64,000 nt of DNA. Origin: Enoplolaimus lenunculus (lineage: Eukaryota). Below, in pieces: positions 1 to 48,606 of this stretch; the first letter of the stretch is position 1; each line of letters begins with the position of its first letter. A program made the translations under genes and the position numbers. The DNA lies in NCBI GenBank assembly GCA_030248215.1, contig JASANG010003930.1, positions 310,001-374,000 of the forward strand, in the 5' to 3' direction. The notes beneath the pieces were generated by a model. That model was not told the origin of the DNA. It searched no databases and worked only from the letters and a program-made list of their open reading frames with translations.

Positions 1-113
1 TATCATTAAATATAGCGAGTATTCCAAAATTTAATTTTACGAGTTCAACAATCAAACGATTACAGCTGCTTTATCAGTCTGAATTTTATCCAAATACATA
101 AAATGTACAACCT

Positions 114-130
114 TCAGGAATCAGCGGAAG
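114..130 (-). CDS. Possible terminal coding exon of CHD (ASADS*)
   Basis: tgtag acceptor at 131-132; phase 1 gives GCT TCC GCT GAT TCC TGA; too short to verify. Confidence 0.3.
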
Positions 131-780
131 CTACATCATAACAGATCATAAATTAGTTAAACCATTTTTCTTCGAAAACGCCTTACTGATCTCAAAATAC
201 ATTATTAACAAGAGTACGTTGCAAAATATAAGTTAACGACAATTTTTATTAACACAAACAGTATACTGCTGTAGAATTCAGTGTTACGAATAGTCGAGTG
301 TAGTTCAACGAATACTGGCAAAACAGAAGTACTAATAACGTTAGTCACTTGATTTTCCCTTATCTGATGCTAAAACAAACGAATATTAAACCCGTATAAA
401 TAACACACCAAGCGTTAATTAGGTTTAAAATTGATTGGAGAAAATATCCAACAAATTTTTTAATTCTATTACTATCCACATGACGTGTGCACTAAATAAG
501 CTGTCAGCAAAATTGTTTAACTGCAGATCACTTCTAGTACTTTTAATAAAACCTCTCCGAGGTGTTTAATGCTTTAAAGATGTCTTTGCAAACTAATTCA
601 ACAAAAAATATTATAAACTACAGTAGTACTACATGCTACTTCACTAGACTTAAATACATACACAAGTTCTGAATTCAAACTTTAAAATAAAATTACCAAG
701 TCCAAGGTAGCGACAGTGATGAATAATAAAACTACAAAACTGAAAGGCATAGGTGCATTATGCATGCGCTTATAATTTAC

Positions 781-34465
<33,685 letters not shown>

Positions 34466-35687
34466 CTTAAAATACAAAAAATGGTTTGCTCATTACGTTA
34501 CTACGTAGTGTGGCTGCGCGAAAAAACCTTAGGGTCAAGCCGGAGTGGATGAAGACACCACAGAAGATATTAACATTTTTTCACTTGTGACTAAATACGT
34601 TGAAAGAGTACACACCACTCGAAGTTACTACCAGAATCAGTTTGAATGTAATGTTTTAGCAAAAATTAATCCACGAGAACGCAGCTTCTAAAACAACGTT
34701 GCAAATATACAAAACTTATCGCACGCTATTATTTTATAACATTGGTAAACGATGTTTATCATTTGAAAAACGTGAAAATAGCAAATGCCCCGTGCGAACA
34801 CAAGGGAAGGATAGATATAAAATAGTTGTAACTCTGTTCACGTTTAGCGAGAATTATATAAAGCTCGATATTTGCTACACAGTTCCTGCGAAATGACAGG
34901 TAAGCGGCAACTTAAACAATACCCACCTTCGCACAAAAGTCCACTCCCGATTATAGTAGCAAGATTATTGTTTCTATTATCAACGCTATCCATACGGTCT
35001 GAGATAAAACGATTTAAGCAGTATTAAAACAGCAAACAGAAGCAAGGGTTTTTGGTTTTCGCCCACATTTAATACCTTTGTTCACTTGGTACTGTAACAT
35101 ACCATGTGATAGGCGGTTCGCTTTGTAAAAGGCTTGAGATATTGAAATAAAAAAATTTCGACACCTGTACAAAAAATGACCAAAATATAATTATCGATAT
35201 ACGTATCAAAAATTTGCAAAATACAAGGTTCGGATTGGAATTCGACAAATTAAGGTCCTTGGAAATACTGAGATTTCTTTGTGCTTAATCCATTATCCAA
35301 ATTTACCTGCATTCAAAATCACAACAGTTTTAATATATGCGCAAATTTCAACTTATGGAAATCAAATAACAAATTTTTCCTTGTAGTATATTTTACTATA
35401 CGGTTCCGATACTAAATAAGATCTAATATTTACTGCAAAACTTTCCCGTATTTCTGGAGTTAACCACATTCTGTGATCAGTTTAGTGATTGAAATCAGTT
35501 AGGAATTTAGCTAAGCTATGAAATAAAACCACAAAACTGCTGCTTTCAAAAATATTACATATCGTTTCTACTAAAAATCAATTTTATGGCATCAGTTCGT
35601 TGAAAAATTTGATTATTTGGGAAACAAACCTAGTTAATTTGTCCAGCTGTAATTGGATAGCGATAAACAAGCCACAAATTTGTCTTT

Positions 35688-35940
35688 CAGGGGTTCGCTA
35701 CCGGGGGTGAGGGACCCACTCGGCCAAAACCCGCCAAACTCAATCTGATTCCGGTTCAAGCCCTTCCTGACTCGAGATTTTGCCCCAGGTTTACAGGACC
35801 GTAGTCAGCTCACCTTGCTAGGGGGCCAAAAAATTTTCAGGAGGGGCATTTAAGTGTATTTAATGATTTACAAGCAAGGTTAAAAATTTTCTAGGGGGCC
35901 AAAAATTTTTCAGGGGGGTTCCTTGGTAGCGCACCCGCAG
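35688..35940. mobile_element. Short GC-rich hAT-like MITE
   Basis: caggggttcgctacc / ggtagcgcaccc imperfect TIR; similar short elements at ~2308-2507 and ~24654-24821. Confidence 0.5.
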
Positions 35941-37299
35941 ATTGAGTATATTTTAGCCTTTCACGCATCGTTAAATTGGATTACCCCTTAAAAAGTTATT
36001 TTGTCTGTAACAATTAATTACTCTCCTAAAGATTTTCAAACCGGTTGCCAATCAAGGGTTCCAGTTCCAGTCCTCACTTAATCGCGACACAGTTTTATAA
36101 GTGCAATTTCAAATTGGCTGAACTTTTCGAGTCGTGTGGTGAACCTGATGATTTTCCGGGTGGGTGAATTTTGCCAGTTGGGGTGGGGGAAGGCTCCCTA
36201 CCTTTCACTACCGAAATACCACTGGATATGAAACACAAGTAAAGTTTGCAGTATATACTGCAGCAAGCGTATATTTATCTCCAAAAGTAAGAAATAAACG
36301 CTATTCACGTAGTGAGTACTTAGTTAACTGACACTTAACTTTATACTTATAGCCCGCAATAAAAATAATATTTAAATCATATTTTTGAAACTCGTCGTAC
36401 ACCACGCAAACACCAAAAGTGTACTGTTCTATTCTTAGCATTTTACCTAAAAACCAACAGGCCGTACACTATTATGCATATATACAAACTTATCCGCCTA
36501 ATACACAAGCATAGGATGTTTGCTCGAATCAAATGATATACCAAAAAGCGTATGTACATAAACAAAACCTACTGCAATAATAAGAATAAAAAATAATAAT
36601 AACTACAACAGCTCAAAACAGCCAAACCTAATTCTGGTGCGTCCGGCGAGCATTCAGTGAGACACTATACTACACAAAACAGCCCATTTATGTATTATAT
36701 TACCCCGTAGTCAACTCAGTAGTTCACTCGCTTGCGCGCTATCGGCTCTCTCTCACAGTGGGGTGCATTGCTACCGTCCGTCGTAATATACTTTGCTGTC
36801 TAAAAGACAAAACCTTAAACCTAAGTGACGACAGCATTTGGCGCAACATACATACCTATACTATCTACCTAGGCTTTATAACCACATATATTATGCATCA
36901 ACGAAGGACCCCACATATAATGATTTAGAGAAAACCTCTACGAATTAACCATTTAGTTTCCCAAAGTATAGATTTTTTAATAGTGGCGCAAAGGTGCTGT
37001 CAAGAATGCATACGTAATGTCGGGGTAACGTGTTCCCTAAATTACTTATTATCATTACGTTTGGCTCATGTAATCACTTGGATGCAGGAAAAACTTTGAA
37101 ACTTTGTTGTTAGAAAAATAGTGTTCGTACTCAGCGTTTGCAAATCAGACACGTATATATACTATTCAACTGCAGCATCAACACTTAAAAATAGATAGAA
37201 GCTATTTACACCATTAAATCCCGTCGTTCTAATGAAATGTAAATTACAACAACCAACCGCTCCAACCAAACCTAAAAATTACCAAAAACAAATAAAATC

Positions 37300-37880
37300 T
37301 AAATTAATCATATTGCATAAATCTAAAAAGTTCCTAATTTAGGATTAAGTAAATAAGCTAATATGCCAATTTAGTAGCAAACTTTTTATTTATCGGTTTT
37401 GAAGGTTTGTAACCAATTTATTCAAAATTCTCGCACCCAAAAACGTTTAGTACTGAAATCAAATCGCTTTGTAAGACTAATAATTATCGCAGTAATGTAA
37501 AAACTCCTAATTTAGGTTTAACAAAATCAGCTAGTATGCCAATTAGTTATCAGCTAACTTTTCATTTATCGGTTTTGTAAGTTTATAACCAATTTATTCA
37601 GATTCCTATCACCCGAAAGCCATGTAGTACTGAAACTAGATTGCTTGTAACCCTAATACTTAACGAAATTATGTAAAATGTCCTAATTTAGGCTTGGTCA
37701 CTTATGCAAATTAGATATTAGCTAATAAACGGCTTAAATTTTAAAACCCTAATGCAAGGTTAGCAGCCCAGGATAATGCATTTTCAAACACAGAAAAGTT
37801 TATCAAAATCTGTTTAGCTTTTCCCGAGATTCTCGTCGGACGAATGGAGTGGCGGACATCAACCATTCGACTCCCAAGTA
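37300..37880. mobile_element. Third copy of Helitron/Helentron-like element, retaining the opposite end
   Basis: Same subunits as 21093-22030 followed by atcaaaatctgtttagcttttcccgagat..cggacg. Confidence 0.65.
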
Positions 37881-38096
37881 ATCATAACTCAAAATAAAAG
37901 ATAAACTACTACCAAAACAGTAATTTTTATTAAAACTATAGTTCACATTAGATCATTTTACTATAACGCTTGTTACTACACTGCCTTTAGCATCAAACTT
38001 ACTTTCTAAAACTTTGAACTGAATTTATGTATGATTAGGCTAATCTATCTATATTAAACTGACTTTTTCGAATAACTACGTACATTAACTTCTAAA

Positions 38097-38536
38097 CAGG
38101 GTTCCAACAGGAACTAAATTTTGCCGTAACAGGAACATGAATTGAATTTCTTTGCAAGAACCTGAACAGGAACAGGAATTTGAAATCGTTTTTACATCAC
38201 CGAATTACTGTTGGACTCTTTAGAAAACTTGCCAAAAATGGCTTGAGCGAATTTTCAACCTTTCATCATCAAATTTTGCGAAAACATGCCATCAGGGATG
38301 GGCGGTCTCGGTCAAAAAGCGAAAACGATACCAAGACCCAACCTACTGAAACTTTTGGTCTCGGCTTCGGTCAGTTTTTAACCGTTGCCGGAAAAAACAA
38401 GATTTTTTAACAAAACTTTTGAATATTTTATCTGCGTTAAATTACCGCTTTATACAATTACACTAATTAATCGCCACCATCCGGTTTCTGCATCTTTGAA
38501 TGCAGGAACAGGAACAAAAATTCCTGTTGAACTCTG
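38097..38536. mobile_element. hAT-like MITE (ACAGGA type) with nested CAGGGATG fragment at ~38293
   Basis: cagggttccaacaggaac...ttcctgttgaactctg. Confidence 0.65.
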
Positions 38537-41405
38537 TTTCTTAGTAAAGTATGTTGAAGCTTACTTGAAATGCTACATATATCTAGTTTAACCTGGTCTC
38601 TTTGAATTTTGTGAAATATAGTAGTGATAAGGTAGAATTGTAAAAACGTTTTTATGCTGCACTGAATCTACCCTTAACCGTAAAAATCTGCTCAATGAAC
38701 TTAAAAATCGACATTTTGCTAAACACCTGGCAGGCAAGTTGTATAATTAGATGCAAACACATTATTTCTCAACCACATTTGTAAGTGAACAAACCGAAGC
38801 AAGTTGTTTATTAACAGTCTATCATGTAAAGTCTATCAAGTAATCAAGTGCAAAAATTGTGATGATACGCATGCGCATAGAATAAAATCAGATATACTAA
38901 CTTAGTTTCACTTAAGCAAAAGTATATACGTATATTAGATATAATTACACAGCAAACTTGTGTTTATAATTATTTCGACCCAAGGGACGAAACAACTTGC
39001 AGCGAACAGAATGCAATGGCCGTACGTAGCCAGGCAAACGCCAGAACGACCAAGGAGAAAAATTCTGTATTCAGAGATGCAGGAACTGTAAATTTACGAT
39101 TTTGTGGCTAATTATTCCTAATCATTTAAATATTGGAAACTTTGTCTTTGAAAATTTGCCATTTCAACATGAATGTTTTTGTATTTGTTAATGTATTTTC
39201 GCAAAACGTGAGGCATACCTAAAGTTCTTGATTAGATTCTACTAAAAATCAAATGATTTTACTAATATCTAACTTCGAAGCCCTATTCTGATGAACCGTC
39301 GCCCCAAAGACTTTTTTCCATAAAACCTCATGTTTCCTGCACCTCAAGAGGAAGCCACTTCGTGTATCTGATCTGCTACATTAAGGCAAAAGGGACATTC
39401 ATTTGTTACTGCCAATTTGATATACGTACAAATTATACATACGGAACCAGAAATCATTTAGCTATCTGCGCGGAGAAGGGGAATGGGAACAGCAAGTTTA
39501 TAAATATTGAAATGGGAACTGAAAAATTCGCGTATTTATATGGTAAATAACGGCGCATTAACAGACTTAGCAACATGGAAGCATAAACAAAATGTCGCGT
39601 GACAGTGAAAAACGGTACCGTACTCCAGATACATGCTTACGCAACAGATATATACAACCAATTTAAAGTTTGGTGTATTTTGCTAGTCCAGTTCCGCGCA
39701 GAATTTCAGCCTCCCAATGCAATATCGTTGACACAAGTAATTTGTTCGCAAACAATGAAGCAGCAAAGCTATTTCGTACCTATTACAGTGCTTGAATTCA
39801 TTGCATCAAGATGTACGGCCGGATATTAATTTACTGGATACCTGAACTAGAGCCAGGTATAAAATATTTTAACAGAAACTGGACTAAATTAACCAGATAT
39901 AGCCGAGGTGCAACAGGAATTCCGGTTCAGGCAACTAAAAATGACGTCAAAAATAAAAGGCATTTCATTAATAGAGTAGTATACAAACCTAAATTCATTT
40001 TTACTTTCATTTTTGTTGTATTATTGATGAAATAACCTTAGCTGAAGATAGGTACGTATTCCCATTATCTGATGTATTTTACATTTTCCTTAGCCAAGAA
40101 AGCGAAATCTGCTTTCGATGGTTTATTTTCGGTGCTTTTCAAGATTTATATACTATACTAATTATCTTTATTTAATATCTATCGTCACTAATTGAACAAG
40201 TCAGGTCAGCAAATTTAAAACCACGATCAAAATTTAATACTACCAGATTTTTTAATTCCCAAAATATTTACCGGAACTGAAATTCCGGCTGCACCCTGGT
40301 ATCTTCAACCAAGGTTATTTCACCAATAGTATAGCAAAAAAGAAAATTAAAATTAATTTTTCGGTGGCATGTATTAAATTTTTCACTTTCAAGTTCCAGT
40401 TACATTTCCGGTAATTTTTTCAAATTCCGGTTCCAGTATGTGGTAATTTCGATTGGATCCTGGATATAGCATGTACATATGAGCACAGTTGAAGAATCAA
40501 GTAGTGCAAAAGTATATGTTCACTGAGTTAAATATTACCTTACATTTTTCATTTTATTTGGTAAGTGAAAAACTTATATACCAGATTTTACTAACCCAAA
40601 AAAAGTAATTGCAGCAAGACGATAGATAAATATGTTTACTTCAGGGTGCAACCGGACGGAATTACATACATTTTGTCGGAACCGGAAATGGAAAAAATTA
40701 CCTGAACCGGAAAGCTAAAAACACATGTCATTAAACTTCATTTTAATTTTCATTTTTGCTATATTATTGGTGAAATAACCTTAGTTGAATATATGAATTC
40801 CTGTTCTTGTTCCTGTTCCGGCGGAATTGTTGGAAAAATTGAGTTCCTGTTCTTCTTCCTATTCCGGCGGTGAAAGACACAAAAACCGTAATTTTTACGG
40901 TTTTATTCCAAATTGTGAAGAATAAGCTTGAAAATAAAAAATTGAAGTTTATTAAATTTTGCTGAAACTAAAGTTCTTTTCACAACTTGTTTTTTATCTA
41001 GGTTTCAGAATATTTTAAAATATTTGGCGCATATTTGCTGGGTTTCCAAAACAATACTTAATTACAACTTGGTACTTAAGTACGTGCTAAGTAATTACTT
41101 AACAAACAAATACTTAAATCGCTGAGTAAATCTTATATATTCTCACACTGACAGTTCTGGTCTAATTGAAATTGTCGACTCATCGTGCCTGGTTAATAAA
41201 CCAACCTGTTACTTACATGTGTGACAATTTCTCACATTTGGCGCTTATTTGTTTTTGCTCAGGAAGTTAAGTATTTACTTAAGTGGGCGATTAAAGTAAT
41301 TACTTAAGAATAACTTAAGTAAATACTTAAGTAAGATTTCAGAAACCCAGCCATTGTTGCACAACTTGGAAAATGGGCCACATAAAACGAAAAACGGTCA
41401 ATGAA

Positions 41406-41800
41406 CAGCATATTTTGTGTTGAACTATGGTCAGTTAGCATTAATTCCATGGTGCAATAAATTTGCAATTTTTGTTCCTGTTCCTGTTCCTGTTGCGGTG
41501 AAAAAATGAATTCCATTCCTGTTCCTGCTTCCAGAAAAATACAGTTGCTGTTGCCCTGGTATTTCCTTAATCTGCTGTATTTTAGATTTTCATTATCCAA
41601 CAGCATATTTTGTGTTGAACTATTTTCAGTAAGCATTAATTCGATGGTGCAATAAATTTGCAACTCCTGTTCCTGTTCCTGTTCCTGTTCCTGTTGCGGT
41701 GAAAAAATGAATTCCATTCCTGTTCCTGCTTCCAGAAAAATACAGTTGCTGTTGCCTTGGTATTTCCTCAATCTGCTGTATTTTAGATTGTCATTATCCA
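41406..41800. repeat. ~195-bp tandem duplication with (CCTGTT)n microsatellite, MITE-derived
   Basis: cagcatattttgtgttgaactat...cattatcca twice. Confidence 0.88.
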
Positions 41801-43139
41801 CAGAAGCGAAATCTACCTCAGATGGTTTATTTTCGCTGATTATCAAAGTTTATTATATATTATACTAGTGAAATCTGTTCTATTTTTATCGTCATTTTTT
41901 AGTGAAATGCTTAATTTCCACCGACCAAAAATTTAATACCGGAATTTTTAATTCCGGTAAATATTCACCGGAACCGGACGGTGCAAAAATGCCGGAACCG
42001 GAATTCCTGTTGCATCCTGGATGACTTGTCAAACGCAGCCTTATGATATTCGGGAACACAACCCGAAATAAATATTCCGTATCCGGTAGGTTTATACCGA
42101 ATACCGTATACGCACGCATATCGGTTTTTGCCGGATATTAAATCGGAACCGGACATCCCGTCAGACACTGGGCATATATTTATGAATAGATATTAAAAAC
42201 CTTACTGTTGAGTGTTGATAGACACTTGCTGGAAACAATTCATATTTTTGCCGTTCCAGCAACCTTGATTTATCGAAATATCTAGAACTTTGATTCAAAA
42301 CGAGTTCCGATTCCGATTCCGTTCCCATTTCGATCACACAATCAATCGGAATCGGAATTTTGAAACCTTAATTTTCATCCTACTTCTTGTGATACGACGC
42401 AGAAAAATTCTGTATCATTTATCTATTAAACTGCTTTCGATGAGTTAAGTTATCAATAATTGATTGTTGTTTAGCTTTACAGACCAGAATTCATCACCAA
42501 TTTGTCCATGTCACGTTTTTGAAAACTGCTGCCATCCGACAGACTCCCAAAATCAATACTATATATGCCAATACAAATTATCCGCACAGTCACAAAATTT
42601 CTAGTTCCGATTTCGATTCCGATCGCGATTACAGTTCCGGTATAAATTTGCTGCCCCGATTCCGATTCCGGCATAATCCAGATCTCCTTTGTACCCGGTG
42701 AGGTTCCAACAGGAACTAAATATTTGCCAGTGTCATGGTCTAAACCTATGATAATCTTTACAATACTGTATCGCTCCATGAATTTGTTTGCAGATTGCAG
42801 TTAAATTCAAATTATTATCAAAGGGACTTCTTAAAAAAACAAGGATAAAAAAGATTTTCAACAAAACATTCAAAATTATTTTGGTGTTTGCCTTTATCCC
42901 CACAAACAGCAGACTTTTGTTCGGCTCGAGACTAAAAGTTTTTTTCAAAAAATCAAATTTGGATGTGAGATGATCAGGGCCAGCATGGGTAACAAAAAAA
43001 CCCCGATTACTGTTGCTCAGCGTGCGACCGTATATCCGATTCCGGTTTAACATCCGGAAAAAATTGATATCCGTATCCGGTTCAGGTATCCGGTATAAAC
43101 TTTCGGGATACCGGATATTTACGGATGTTGTGCCGATTG

Positions 43140-44071
43140 GGGTTTTAAAATTTTAAGCCGTTTATTAGCTACAGGCTAATTTGCATAATTAATTAAGTCT
43201 AAATTAGGACGTTCCACAGTATTTCACTAATTATTACAGTTGGAAGCAATCTGATTTTTGCATTAAAGGGCTTTTTTGCGAGAAATCTGCGTAGACTGTT
43301 TACAAACCTCCAAAACCGATAACTGAGCAGTTAGCTAATAGATAATTTGCATATTAGCATAGTTTATAAGCCTAAATTAGGACTTTTTACAATATTTCAC
43401 TAATTATTAAGGTTAAAAGCGATATAATTTCAGCACTAAAGGGTTTTTAGGCGCGAGGAATTTGAATAAATAGTTTAAAAACATCCAAAACCGATAATTG
43501 AATACTTAGCTAATACCTAATTTGCATATTAGCTTAATTGACAAGTCAAAACTAGGACTTTTTAAATATTTCAATAATTATTAGGGTTTACTGAAGGTTT
43601 TTGGGTGCGAGGAATCTGAATAAATTGTTTACAAACCTCCAAAACCGATAATTGAATAGTTAGCTAATAGATAATTTGCATATAAGTATAACTGATAAGC
43701 CTAATTTAGGCGTTTTTACAATGTTTTACTAATTATTAGGGTTACAAGCAATCTAATTTCAGCAATAATGGTTTTCGGGTGCGAGGAATATGAATAAATT
43801 GTCTACAAATTTTTAAAAGCTATTATCGAATAGTTAGCTAATAGATAATTTGCATATTTGCTTAATTGACGACACAAAATTAGGACTTTAAATTATTCCA
43901 ATAATTATTAGGATGGCTGAAGGGTTTTTGGATGCGAGGAATCTGAGGAAAGTGCTTACAAACCTCCAAAACCGATAAAAAATAGTTAGCTAATAACTAA
44001 TTTGCATATTACCTTAATTGCTCACGTGTGTTCGAACTTCGCTCAATAAATGTAGTCCCACTACGACTGGT
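43140..44071. mobile_element. Helitron/Helentron-like element, inverted copy of 21093-22030
   Basis: Ends gtagtcccactacgactgg|t (short hairpin + CTRR). Confidence 0.7.
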
Positions 44072-45559
44072 TTTAAGTAACATATACAATATCCGCTATC
44101 CAGTTCATGTTGTGGTAAAAATTCAATATTTGTATCTGGCTCCCGTATTCACTACATTATTATCCGGTCGCGACCTAATTTATACTTATCGAACTTAACA
44201 TCGCTTTCACTACTTCGTTACCTAATCGTGTTTTTCTTCCGGCTGCGGCAAAATTTTGCCCCCGGCTCCGGTTTTCTTTACTTTCGATTCCACTTTGTCA
44301 TTATTGCTCTAATTCTGAGAATACAAAAACACTTTTGCACGTACAGTTAATCACAACTTTAGAACCCAAGTGTAGGCACATTTCATTTTGAATCATATTC
44401 ATAAAAAATACTGGTCAAACACTCCGTCTGTATATAAATCCAACAATTCATCGCTTCGCGACACAAGATGCATGGTTGCCCGTGCCCCTACCGCATATTT
44501 ATGACCTATCCGTCACAAACTAAGAGCAACGCGCAACCAAGCCGAAAACAGCAAAATGTATAATAGTTCCTCTCTACAACATGCAAAGTCTCACAATCAT
44601 GCAAAACCAAACTAAAGAAGAACAACACTAGCATATATGGCAACAATAATAAGCTTAAAAGGTATATACATATATATATGTGCTGCTGCTGTGTCAGCCA
44701 ATTATTCTTTGAATACCGACATCAGCTGAAATCGAGCACAAAACAAGCTAACGTTATAAAGTTTTCATGGGCGCGTTTAGTGAATCTCAACACTCAAAAG
44801 TGCTGGACACAGAATCGAGCCGTTTTTGCACATTCTGTGACCCTGAAGCCTTAGCGCAGACAAGTTGTCTTACACGTGGTGCTAATTATAGTGGGCTATA
44901 AAACTGCACACAACTTTTAGCCCAAAATAATTTATATATGTTTTCATTTATAACACTAAGAAACATTGTAAGGCAACAACACGGCTGTCGCCGTCATAGT
45001 CTAATCTCTGTTACGCTAAAACCACTCTGCTATTTTATGCACTTTCCGCTACATTAACGCTTAGTCTTAAGCTTAACAAAAATATTACCTTCCACTTAGC
45101 CTTTGCTATAGAATTTGCATAAGCCTAAGCCTATCGCTTAACCTCAAATGTGAGAGAAACGTGTACAAGAACCAACAAATTCTAGCATATGAATAAAAGT
45201 TGATGGTTTTAGACCGTAAAGTTATACTATCGCCTGGATACTGTTTTAGCACTTTCCTTCCGTCTGTGATGGCGAAAATAATTTTGTAGAAATTAGGCAT
45301 GTGCCGATTAATCGACATCGGCATAGGTAATAATCGGGACTTTTGGTGAGTATAGGAATCGGCACTGGCATTTCATGGCACTACAAAAAATTGCCGATTC
45401 TTTGTCGGTACTTTTTGCTCATAACAGTCAGTTGGAATGCTATCAATTTCACTTCTGGGCGTATCAGAGCGCCTGATCGAGAAACTGTTATCTCTTTTGC
45501 GTTTCTGTTCGAACAAATCAATCAAAATGAACCGTCAGCATAAAATTATAACCGTTTAT

Positions 45560-45934
45560 CAGGGTGCAAAGCGGAACTGGATTATACCGGAATCGGAATC
45601 GGAACAGCAAATTTATACCGGAATCGGAATTGGAACTTCAAAATTTGTGACTATACGGATAGTTTGTATTAGCAAGTATAATACTGATTTAAGGTGTCCG
45701 TTGGTTGGCAACGATTCTCAAAAACGCCGCATGATCAAAATGACACTGGTTTTGGCTCTCTAAATCTAATCTACAATCAATTATTGATAAGTTAGCTTAT
45801 CGAAAACAAATTAATAGATAAATGATGCTGAATTTTTATACAACATATCACAACAAGTAGTTCTAAAATTAAAATGTGAGAATTTCGATTCTGATCGGAA
45901 TTCTAATCGGAATCGGAATTCCGATTGCACCCTG
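45560..45934. mobile_element. hAT-type MITE (AATCGG subfamily)
   Basis: cagggtgcaa / ttgcaccctg; perfect 8-bp TSD ccgtttat. Confidence 0.92.
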
Positions 45935-48213
45935 CCGTTTATGGTGGTTAGGGTTTCAGTCTTCGCATTATGATGTAATGTAGTATTCTATCTGTTCCTT
46001 AAGAATTGTGTACTAAAGTTTAAATCGGCATCGGCATCGCTCGGAATCGGCATATTTTCAAAATATGGATCGGTATCGGTATCGGCAAAAGTTTTGGTAC
46101 CGGCACATTCCTAGTAGAAATATACATCTGTCTGACAAGTAATACACTAGACCATGCCTCTTTCCGGGATGGGCAGTCTCGGTCTCGGTCTCGATTTCGG
46201 TTTTTTGACCAAGAGAGACCCCCCGTCCCTGGCCTCCATACACTCTTTATGGCATAAGTATACCTATATAACAACAGCAACACCACTTTCAACAATAGCT
46301 GGCTCAGTCTACATAATGCCTGTGCACGCAGGATGGAAGGCGAAACGCATAGAGCAATTTTGAGCACTACATCAAACTAAAATCAGTACTTGTTTACTTT
46401 CCTTCTACACGGAATGGCCAGATTAATATAAAATCGGCTGACGCTCTGACTTAGAGTTGCTTAGGCGTAGTCTCAGGTTTAGCTTAAGCAACAACTTCAG
46501 TCTAACCCAAACTTAGAAAAAATAAGCTTGCAGGATTTTGCCTTCTATTAAATTAACGTTAACGTACGGGAAACTAAACAAGTATATATACCCACCCTAA
46601 ACCCATGCCAATGAGCGACACTGATACTAAACTTACCTGATACCTGGACCGAAGCCGGGCAGTGAATTTTTACCGGAATCGGATGTTAGCCTAATGTCAT
46701 CTAAATTTGTGCACTGTTGAAAGTCGTGCAAATGTGCATGTTTTTATTGATTTAAACTAGTGTTGAACAGATAGTACGTATCGATAAAATCAGGGTATCT
46801 GTATTTTCGGGAGCGTACCAACATCGATATTTTCAATTTTAACATGTTTTCAACCAAATTTAGTTAAATAATTTCGTAAAATCTGAGTAATATATACTCT
46901 TATCATGGGGTAGTCGCGAATATTGAGTTGAACGTAGCTTAGACGTAAGCCAAATAGAGCACACGCACGATTAATACATTCGTTTCAGTTGCGAGAGGAG
47001 CCGCTTTATTATTTGGCAACCAAAAACATTCTACGAAACACTTGAATGAGAGTATCTCGATACCAGAATGACGATCATGAAAAATTGCTTGGGCATCGTT
47101 CACTTGTTCGCCGCGTTTTGTGCTTGCAAGACGTTTTTAGCTTGCAAAGCACGAAGACTTAACCGAAATTACGGTTAACCTTAAAAGGCTTCGGAAAACT
47201 CAGATTTGTTAAGATGTGGACATGCACAGTAAACGAAAGGATGGAATGTAGCCGCTTATGTTTCTGACAACCAAGGAAGGCTAAATTTCCGAGCACGAGA
47301 GTCATATTTGCATCAAGTTTTCTGCACTGAAGAAGAAATGAGAAATCTAACGTAATTCATTTTAATTAAGCAAATAATACGTATATGTATATATACTTAT
47401 ACGCGACTCAAATACTTCCAACAGTTTACAATTTTAGATGCTATATCCGGATTAACAACCGGTTACGGTATCCGGTAAATTAATATCCGGTCCCAGTCTG
47501 ATACCAACGACAATAAAATAACTAAGTAAAAAAGCGGTCGCAGAGAATGTGTCAAAACTGTATTTATCGCCTAATAATGTCTCGGTTTTCCTACGGCACT
47601 AAGGCGTTTCCTATTAGACTGGTGTATATATATACACGATACACACTGGGGCAACATTTCTCAGTTCGTTGACAGAGAGAAGAGCACGAAAGAGCAGTAG
47701 CAACACAACGCAAATTAAATCATGATTAAAACCATGATGACACACGGCGCCATACAACAACATGTCTATATATTACGTACAAGCCAAGTACCACATATAT
47801 ATGTAACTCTAAACTATGTGAGTTTCTCACTTTGCCTAAATGTAGGTAAGCATAGGTGCCATGAAGGCCGTGTTGTACCACACATTTATCCTAATTTGAA
47901 AATCAGTGCGGCGGACTCTTGACTAGGTAAAAGTTAAACACAAGACAAGAACAAAAATAGCATCAAGCTCTAGGCAAATTAATGGTCGATTTGCGCAGAA
48001 GTTCGAGTTGGTCAACAATTTTTATTCTCGTTGGAACTAAAACGATTTCACTTTTTATTATGCCCGCCTATTGCGCGTAATTTTACCGAAAACTTCCGGG
48101 TCCGGATCAGCTTTTAAATTTGAGAAATTCCCGGCTCGGGTTCGAATTTTGACTGTTTGAAATTCACTTGTTCGCCAGAACCAGTATATATCATATAAAA
48201 ATATGCCCCCTGC

Positions 48214-48606
48214 CAGGGTGCAAAGCGGAACTGGATTATACTGGAATCGGAACAGGAAATTTATACCAGAATTGTAATCGCAATCGGAACTAGAAATTTT
48301 ATGACTGTACGGATAATTTGTATTGACATATATAATGTTGATTTAGGATGTCTGTCGGCTGGCAACAATTCTCAAAAACGCCACATGAAGAAATTGGCAA
48401 ACATTTTACGTACTGTTAAACTAAGTTACAATAAATTATTGATAAGTTAACTGATCGAAAGCAATTATATGAAAAATAATACATAATTTTTATGCAACGT
48501 ATTACAACAAGTAAGATTAAAATTAAAGTTTCAAAATTCCGATTCCGATTAATTGTGCAATCGTAATCGGAATTCTAATCGGAATCGGAATTCCGGTTGC
48601 ACCCTG
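48214..48606. mobile_element. hAT-type MITE (AATCGG subfamily)
   Basis: cagggtgcaa / ttgcaccctg; perfect 8-bp TSD ccccctgc; colinear with 45560-45934. Confidence 0.92.

Noticed and set aside
697..731. Possible 35-nt extra CHD exon
   Set aside because: Splice-like sites exist, but the peptide is unconserved and the downstream partner cannot be verified.
41304..41846. 180-aa ORF with QEQEQE
   Set aside because: Arises from a tandem duplication and (CCTGTT)n of MITE origin.
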